DNA of 64,000 bases. It comes from Blastocatellia bacterium (GTDB lineage Bacteria > Acidobacteriota > Blastocatellia > UBA7656). The stretch spans positions 541,476 through 605,475 of the forward strand of contig CAVXWP010000002.1 in assembly GCA_963765495.1 (NCBI GenBank), written 5' to 3'. A program made the translations under genes and the position numbers. A model generated the notes under the pieces. The model was not told the DNA's origin. It ran no database searches and worked only from the letters and a program-made list of their open reading frames with translations. Shown one piece after another: positions 57,348-64,000 of this stretch. The number at the start of each line of letters is the position of its first letter. Positions within the stretch are counted from its first letter, which is position 1.

Positions 57348-57713
57348 TCATTGCTCAAACCATTTTGCCTGCTCTTTCGGCGACCTCAAAATACCGAAGA
57401 GCGATTCTATAGACTGGTCAGTGAGTATTGTAAACCAAACTGACTTGAGCTCTATTGAGTGTACTTCTATTGTTTGTCCATCTGCTCCTTTCAACGATGA
57501 TAGAAGCTCATCAAACCCCTCAGTCCTCGATACGTCCCTCCCTTTGTTTATTGCTGCGCGCACAGAGCAGACGCGAGCAACGTCAGCGATGAGAAGTGGA
57601 CTTGTCTTGAAGTATCGGTATTCACCTTGTCTCTTAATCCTGTCAAGACAATCCAAGACAAGTGGGTCGCTTTGTTTAGATTCGAGAAGTTGTCTCAATC
57701 GGTCATCCATCAC
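57348..57713 (-). CDS. Cassette: hypothetical protein
   Basis: ORF fills the cassette. Confidence 0.65.
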   Translation of the reverse strand: MMDDRLRQLLESKQSDPLVLDCLDRIKRQGEYRYFKTSPLLIADVARVCSVRAAINKGRDVSRTEGFDELLSSLKGADGQTIEVHSIELKSVWFTILTDQSIESLFGILRSPKEQAKWFEQ

Positions 57714-58365
57714 TTGAAAGTCACCATGACGTCAGCTGTCTAACGCCGAGTTCAGCGGCGCGCCGGTAGCTGGTGGAACGCGAGTAGTTGGAAAGCGCGT
57801 CCGCTGGAATGAGCAGTTAGGCGGCTTCCTTCGCCGATTCATCCTTCTTGAGCTTTCCTGATCATAACCCTCCTATTCTTATCTCTCGTTTCTGCACAGT
57901 TTCTCTTCTTCCTCACAGGTCATTTCCTCTCTCGTGCGACAGGTGTTGCTCTCTTTCGTCGGGGAAGCTTTTTGATCTGCCTACTTCCTCTTTTCCAAAC
58001 TCGCCTCTCTGATGCTTGTCTCAACAGGCAATCGGCTGAACAGGCTTCTTCGCCAGACAGGTTTATATGAGCAATGCTGAAAGACTGCTTTGGGAGAAAG
58101 AAGTGTCAGATGAAGGAGCAGGGATGAGAGACACAGCAGAGTAGTATGGGGATAAAGAGGCAAGAGAATCGAGCAAGTAGGGGTCCTGGCGATGACTTGC
58201 CTGGACAGGTTTCAACAGCAAGGCAAACTGAGTCGTCTCCCTTTCGTCGGTGATCTGACGCCTAACGACGAGTTCAGCGGCGCGCCGGTAGCTGATGGAA
58301 CGCGAGCAGTTGGCATGCGCGTCCGCTGGAATGAGCAGTTAGGCTTGGCCCCTTGTCGATGCAAG

Positions 58366-59103
58366 TCATTTGCCCCGCGTCAAACCATAAAGTGAGAGAA
58401 GTCCAGCCGCAATTTCAGCACGAGTTTTATCTCTCAATCCTGTATCATCAGACTCCATACTTTCGAGTATCTGAACAGACATTCCAACAGCATTGATTCT
58501 TTCAAGGATGTTGACATAATCTCTAGCTTGTTCCATCGTGGACTTATAAATTAGCAAAAAAGTTGCTGCAATAAACTCTACAATTATTCCAGCTAAAGTG
58601 ACGACAATTGATGGTTGAAAATTATCAGGAGATTTATAGACTTGAATAGTTCCATAGCCAATAACGATGAAACCAGCAGTAATTACCAGTAGGCATCGAA
58701 AGAAAATCCAACGGATTTGAGCCAGATTCCGATTTAAGTAGATTTCGAGTTTGATTCTTGCAAGCTCCCAAGCTGCCTGTGGCTCATTTGGGTGTTCTCT
58801 AACACGTTCTTCTACTCTCTTTATCACTTCCTGGTGCTCGCTTGCAATTAGGACACGCTGATAGCCTGCAATTCCAATGATGAGCATTGCTCCAATAACA
58901 CCGAGGATTCCGGCCACTATATTCAAGAGTGGTTTTTGATTCGGAAGATTCTCTGCCACTATTGCACAAACTATGGCGAGGCCAATAGAAGAAGCGGCCA
59001 GGGTAAAAAGGAGGCGCAGTCTACGTCCGCCATGCACAATTGCGCCAAACAAGCCTTCTGCGACCCAAGACGAAATCTCAAGAATCATAGGTGTGGACCT
59101 CAT
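58366..59103 (-). CDS. Cassette: four-TM membrane protein, C-terminal half resembling TRADD-N-associated 2TM domains
   Basis: YLNRNLAQIRWIF...GIIVEFIAATFLLIYKSTMEQARDY; family call from memory. Confidence 0.65.
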   Translation of the reverse strand: MRSTPMILEISSWVAEGLFGAIVHGGRRLRLLFTLAASSIGLAIVCAIVAENLPNQKPLLNIVAGILGVIGAMLIIGIAGYQRVLIASEHQEVIKRVEERVREHPNEPQAAWELARIKLEIYLNRNLAQIRWIFFRCLLVITAGFIVIGYGTIQVYKSPDNFQPSIVVTLAGIIVEFIAATFLLIYKSTMEQARDYVNILERINAVGMSVQILESMESDDTGLRDKTRAEIAAGLLSLYGLTRGK

Positions 59104-59141
59104 TAACGCACAATTACGAGAAGATTAAGAGAAGAGTGCAG

Positions 59142-59170
59142 ATTCTATACGGAATCAAGCAGTTATTCAA
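59142..59170 (-). promoter_or_regulatory. Sigma70-like promoter in shared cassette leader
   Basis: TTGAAT-N17-TAGAAT. Confidence 0.65.
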
Positions 59171-62167
59171 TTTGAATCTATCCCGAATTTGAGAAAAATG
59201 AAATGTTTGTTGGTTTGTCCAAACCAAGAAATATCGGATTACCGAGCGAGCCTAACGACGAATTCAGCGGCGCGCTGGCGGCAAAGGGATAGTGAGAAGG
59301 TGGAATGCGCGTCCGCTGGAATGAGCAGTTAGGCGGCTTCCTTCGCCCCTCCATCCTCCTTCCTCTTGGCCGATCATTACCTCCCATTTCTCTTCTCCTC
59401 TTTCGCCTCTGTTTCTCCTCCTCCCTACTGTTATCCTCTCTTGCGTAATAGGGTTTCTTGCTTGTTGTCGCGGAAGGTTCCTGATCTCCCAGCTTGCCTT
59501 TCCCACACTCTTTTCTCTGCTGGTTGGCTCACCAAACCATTCAACTGCGAAGCTATCTTTGCCAGACAGGTCTATCTTTGAGCAAAGTTGAATAGTTGCT
59601 ATTGGAAAAGGAAATATCCAATAAAGGAGCAGAAATGATCGAATAAGCAGAGGTGCATCTGGTAAAGAGCAATGAGAAGCGAGCAAGTGGATGTCCTGGC
59701 GATGTCTTACCTAATATTGTTTTCGCCTCATTGCTTGGTAAGTCGTTTCGCTTCTGAGAGATTGACGCCTAACGCCGGGGATCAGCGGCCCGCTGTGGCC
59801 GAAGGGATAACGAGAAGCTGGTATGCGGGTCCGTTGAATGCCCATGTTAGGCGCGCCTTTGTCGTTGGCCGCGCTCGGCTTTCTGGGCAATTCAATCAAG
59901 GCATATCGGGAGGCGCGGCCCCAATCTTGACTCGCTGCTTTGTGACTGCGTCGTTTAGTTACTATGACATTGTTCACTCTTTTTTCCGCCTCTGTGTCGT
60001 TGCTGTTGGTCAGGAAATTTCCCCGCGAGCCTAACGCGGAGATAACCGGCGCGCTGTGGGCTCAGGGATAATGAAGGGTTGGAATGCGGGTCCGGTTGAT
60101 GGACCAGTTAGGCGCATTCCACCTTGAAGGTTCGGTAAAGATGCCTCTGTCGAAATGCCAAGCCGCGCCAGCAGATAGCTTCGACTCAACCAGGATTTAT
60201 CGGGTAGCGCGGCGCAGTGATTGTGTCAGTACACTTTGTAGACATGTAGTCTGATTGCTTGGTTGACGACCAGTATGCCTCATTGTCACGGATGGCTTTC
60301 CTGTGCGCTTAACGCCGGAGATAACCGGCGCGCTGTGGCCCCCGATGCCATCCAGAAGGTGGTATGCGCGTCCGGTTGATCGACCAGTTAGGCGCGTTCT
60401 GATTCGCAAGTATGTCACAGATAATTGCCTTCGTAATAGCCGCGCTGGCCCACTTTGCCTTTTAGCGAGGCTTTGACCTATCCTATTAAAGAAGCGCGGC
60501 GAGGTGTGAGGCTGACTCGACAGACGAAGAGAGGTGATCGCTGGTTGCAATCTGAGGGCCAGTGAGAGTCAAACAGCACAGCTTGAAGGCAAGTATTGTC
60601 GGCTGCGATCTAAACGACCAGTGTGATTCACTCTCATCAACCAACCTCCTACGCGCTTAACGCCGAGTTCAGCGGCGCGCTGTGGGCGAAGGGATAATGA
60701 ACAGTTGGCAAGCGCGTCCGCTGGAATGAGCAGTTAGGCGAGTGCTCTCCGTAATTCATCCTTCTTGCTTCTGCCATTTCCATCTTTGCGACTCATTGCC
60801 TCTGGTCGAAGTATTCTGGCGGGTAGAAGCTGGGCTTGCATTGAGAGCAGAGTGTTGTAGACGAGGCAATCGGGGGTTGGGTGATTGGATGCTTTGGTGC
60901 GTGGGTAGCAGATTGACAGGGGAGCAAGTGCATTGTCCTGGCGATGTCTCGCCTGCTCTTGATATTGCGGCTTTACCTGATGAGTCGTTTCAATTCAACG
61001 GATTCACTGACGCCTAACGTCCCGGTTGACCGGCCCGCTGTGGCCTCCACTTCATGCGAATAGTTGGATTGCGGGTCCGGTCGAACCGATGGTTAGGCGG
61101 CTCCCCTCGCTGTTTTACCTCTTCGCCTTCTCTCATTTTCATCTCTCTTTTCTATCCTCCTCTCCCATCTCCTTCTTTCTCCTTGCTTGCTGAGTGTCGA
61201 TTTGCAGAAACCATCCTTCCCTGACAGGTCTGCTTTGGCCATTTCTGCGCAGGCAATTTCGCTTGAAATGGCTCTGTGGAAAACAGCCCTGAGACTGAGA
61301 ATATCTGAAAGCAGAGATTTGATGAAGAATGATTCTGATGAGGAATTGCAGCGAGAAGTAGCATTGATAGGTGAACGGATCCATTCTCCTCGCGGTGTCT
61401 TTGCTGTCAGGTCTTTAAGCGATTGCTTGCCGAGTCGTTTCCATTTCACCGTTGTTCTGACGCCTAACGCCGGAGATAACCGGCGCGCTGTGGCCCCCGA
61501 TGCCATCCAGAAGGTGGTATGCGCGTCCGGTTGATCGACCAGTTAGGCGCGTTCTGATTCGCAAGTATGTCACAGATAATTGCCTTCGTAATAGCCGCGC
61601 TGGCCCACTTTGCCTTTTAGCGAGGCTTTGACCTATCCTATTAAAGAAGCGCGGCGGAGTGTGAGGCTGACTCGACAGACGAAGAAAGGTGATCGCTGGT
61701 TGCAATCCGAGGGCCAGTGAGAGTCAAACAGCACAATTTGTAGGCAGGTAATATTGGCTGCGTTCTTGACGGCCAATGTGATTGATTTCCATCGACCAAC
61801 TCCCAGCGCACTTAACGCCGGGGATCAGCGGCCCGCTGTGGCCGAAGGGATAACGAGAAGCTGGTATGCGGGTCCGTTGAATGCCCATGTTAGGCGCGCC
61901 TTTGTCGTTGGCCGCGCTCGGCTTTCTGGGCAATTCAATCAAGGCATATCGGGAGGCGCGGCCCCAATCTTGACTCGCTGCTTTGTGACTGCGTCGTTTA
62001 GTTACTATGACATTGTTCACTCTTTTTTCCGCCTCTGTGTCGTTGCTGTTGGTCAGGAAATTTCCCCGCGAGCCTAACGACGAGTTCAGCGGCGCGCCGG
62101 TAGCTGGTGGAACGCGAGCGGTTGGCACGCGCGTCCGCTGGAATGAGCAGTTAGGCTGAGTCCAGTT

Positions 62168-62410
62168 CTAAGTGCTTCCAAGTTCTCTTATTCTTTGTTT
62201 TTCTTCTTCTGCTTTTCGTTTGAAGTAAAGCGATAGCCATGAAGGGGCTTTATCAAGGTATAATGCAAACAATGTGACAACAGGCGTTGCGACAGATAGC
62301 ATCAAAAAACACGCAATAAATAAATCACGAGTCCGTAATCCGTATATTGATAAAAGAATTACACCCATGATCAAGAGAGATGCATTAAAGACGAAGCTAA
62401 TAATTTTCAT
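62168..62410 (-). CDS. Cassette: small two-TM membrane protein
   Basis: AAGGAG RBS; two hydrophobic segments and a charged tail. Confidence 0.7.
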   Translation of the reverse strand: MKIISFVFNASLLIMGVILLSIYGLRTRDLFIACFLMLSVATPVVTLFALYLDKAPSWLSLYFKRKAEEEKQRIRELGST

Positions 62411-63179
62411 AAAAGAAGTCTCCTTGAATGAGGTTAATGGAAAACGCAATAAGAATTCAAACGAAGAATGAGAATAGGAAGACCTTTAGGAAGATGTGAG
62501 ATTGAGTTAGGCAGACAAATTTGCCTGAGTAATCAATGGCGAGGGCTTTTGAGGTATTGCAAGCACAAAGGAAAAGAAAGGACTATCAGATTCAATAATC
62601 CAAGTCTTTCCGGGTGACCGAGTGAGCCTAACGACGAGTTCAGCGGCGCGCAGGTAGCTGCGGGATAATGAGAGGGTGGCATGCGCGTCCGCTGGAATGA
62701 GCAGTTAGGCGGCCTCTTAATTGTTTCATTTCCTTGAGCGTTGCTGACCTCCTTCTTCCAATACTCCTCTCCTGTTTCGGCGCAGTTCTCCTCTCTCTCT
62801 GTTGCTACCTTCTCCTGTGATAGGTCTTCCTGTTGTTGTCGGGAAAGTTTTTTGATGTGCTAAGTTCATCATTGCCAATCAGGTTTGTACTGCCACATTC
62901 CTCAACAAGCAATTGGGTGCGAATGTATCTTTGAGAGGCAGGATAATCTTTGAGAAGTGCTGAAATGTCAGCATCGGGAGAAAGCAGTATTGGGTAAAGA
63001 GGAAATAGAAGCGGGCAAGTAGCTGTCCTCACGATGACACGCATGAATCTGTTTTCGCATCATCGCTTTATGAACCGTCCCCCTTTCGTCGGTGATCTGA
63101 CGCCTAACGCCGAGTTCAGCGGCGCGCCGGTGGTAAAGGAAATCAGATTTTGGAAATGCGCGTCCGTTGGAATGAGCAG

Positions 63180-63570
63180 TTAGGCCGCAGCCAGCGCACT
63201 GACCATCACGTAATACCCATCAGGATCTCGGAGTGCGAATTCTCTGGTGCCAGTATTGGGGTTCATATGCGGGTTCCTCTTCCAGTTCAGCGACAAGGGC
63301 ACGTGCTCGATGCAGCGTCTCATCGAAGTCGTCCACACGAAAGAACAAGAGTAGTCCATTGCCAGGCTGAGCATGATCGGGACTGGTCAGTGGTGGATGT
63401 TCGTGGGCTCCCCACTGGTGAAGGCAAAGCAAGACTGTTGCATCGGTGTCTAGGATTTGCCCGAAGTCCTGATGAGCGGGATTGGTTTCCGGTTGTCCAA
63501 ACAGCGACTGATACCACTTGAAGCTTCGAGTAACATCAGCAACGCCTATGATTGTCCAGGTACGCTTCAT
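63180..63570 (-). pseudogene. Cassette: VOC/glyoxalase family protein with frameshift near 63270
   Basis: IIGVADVTRSFKWYQSLFG...GNGLLLFFRVDDFD...EEEP continues in another frame as HMNPNTGTREFALRDPDGYYV. Confidence 0.8.
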
Positions 63571-63619
63571 AGCTCCCTCCTGCGGCCAAACTGAGATTTA
63601 GTAGTCATAAAGAAAATTG

Positions 63620-63648
63620 ATTCTACGAAGAATCGGTTTGATATTCAA
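63620..63648 (-). promoter_or_regulatory. Sigma70-like promoter in shared cassette leader
   Basis: TTGAAT-N17-TAGAAT. Confidence 0.65.
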
Positions 63649-64000
63649 TTGAAGCGGCCAGAGTAATCTGGAAATGGAAATTCGAAGAGTCTCAGTTTTC
63701 TCCAAATCGAGAAGCAACGGGAGGTCGAGCGAGCCTAACGCCGGGAATCAGCGGCCCGCTGTGGGCGAAGGGATAACGAGACGCTGGTATGCGGGTCCGT
63801 TGAATGCCCATGTTAGGCGCGCCTTTGTCGTTGGCCGCGCTCGGCTTTCTGGGCAATTCAATCAAGGCATATCGGGAGGCGCGGCCCGAATCTTCGACTC
63901 GCCCCTTTGTGACTGCGTCGTTTAGTTACTATGACATTGTTCACTCTTTTTTCCGCCTCTGTGTCGTTGCTGTTGGTCAGGAAATTTCCCCGCGAGCCTA

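Larger units (their letters stand above)
20193..61809 (-). repeat. Gene-less cassette family A (30 copies; about 190 bp short form and 260 bp long form)
   Basis: Short: 20193,20701,29674,30681,31385,43349,45142,45422,46150,46658,48911,49190,50567,53681,54952,55232,55512,55785,56061,56601,60114. Long: 21074,22635,23495,31666,40413,42480,44795,60394,61549. Shared blocks AGCCGCGC..GCGCGGCG, GTAGACA/GGCAGACA, GACGAYCAGT, TTCCTGTGCGCTTAAC; no conserved ORF. Confidence 0.85.
22193..63101 (-). repeat. Gene-less cassette family B (17 copies; about 270-440 bp)
   Basis: Starts 22193,22982,29235,30958,36446,42826,43626,45701,50118,51761,53960,56880,57823,59335,60740,61099,62711. Shared plus-strand blocks TGTCGGGGAAGC, CTCAACAGGCAAT, GAGAAGCGAGCAAG, GTCCTGGCGATGACT, GAGTCGTTTC, TGACGCCTAAC. 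Confidence 0.8.
51499..63995 (-). repeat. Gene-less cassette family C (5 copies; about 177 bp)
   Basis: Starts 51499,56339,59853,61896,63819; GCCTTTGTC..GGCCGCGC-N38-GCGCGGCC..CGTTGCTGTTGGTCAGG..CCCGCGAGCCTAAC. Confidence 0.85.
18332..64000 (-). mobile_element. Large integron gene-cassette array (83 complete attC sites of about 85 bp); integrase not in window
   Basis: Minus-strand consensus GCCTAAC-tgctcattccagcggacgcgc-N31-gcgcgccgctgaactcggc-GTTAGGC (RYYYAAC...GTTRRRY with extrahelical bases); all cassette ORFs are on minus and many stop in the R'' TAA. Plus-strand attC starts: 18332,18961,20107,20614,20988,21338,22108,22548,22896,23408,23756,24521,25724,26797,27532,28439,29150,29589,29867,30594,30873,31298,31579,31927,34114,36361,36838,37498,38092,38862,39579,40326,40674,41366,42393,42741,43262,43541,44004,44708,45056,45335,45614,46064,46571,46852,48208,48824,49104,49383,50031,50481,50760,51414,51676,52198,52774,53594,53875,54316,54865,55146,55426,55700,55975,56254,56516,56794,57218,57738,58260,59250,59767,60029,60307,60655,61012,61462,61810,62072,62626,63102,63733,(63996 partial). 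Confidence 0.95.

Noticed and set aside
23358-61705. Recurrent ORFs such as MQPAITSLRLSSQPH..., MSRSYLLARLG..., MRVRWNEQLG...
   Set aside because: They read through attC sites into whichever cassette is adjacent, mostly start at non-ATG codons without an RBS, and recur only because the DNA is repeated.
18332-64000. CRISPR array interpretation of the regular repeats
   Set aside because: Repeats are about 85-bp imperfect palindromes with RYYYAAC/GTTRRRY ends, separated by 180-1300 bp units that often contain whole genes; no cas genes are present. They are attC sites.
1-64000. Integron integrase, tRNA or rRNA genes
   Set aside because: No tyrosine-recombinase ORF and no recognisable tRNA/rRNA sequence was seen in the window.

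Overview
The window has three parts. (1) 1-11050 is GC-rich core chromosome, with gene content suggestive of Acidobacteria (inference only): Ser/Thr kinase-FGE fusion, transglutaminase/TPR protein, MaoC dehydratase, CoA-transferase III, GlpD and acyl-CoA dehydrogenase. (2) 11100-18105 is a mobile-element stack: a frameshifted IS5-like transposase, then an IS3 element interrupted by a group II intron that is itself interrupted by a second group II intron (twintron). (3) 18106-64000 is the distal part of a very large integron cassette array on the minus strand, with 83 complete attC sites counted by eye and an 84th cut by the window edge; no intI/attI is in the window. Only 31 cassettes carry genes, 8 of them toxin-antitoxin pairs. 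The other 52 are gene-less and fall into three homologous, diversified families (A, B, C). Families A and C share an inverted motif GCCGCGC-N38-GCGCGGC (N48 in one subfamily) with a hypervariable but length-fixed spacer, which is the best candidate here for an undescribed system. Several unrelated coding cassettes also share a promoter-bearing leader. All coordinates and counts were read manually and may be off by a few bases.
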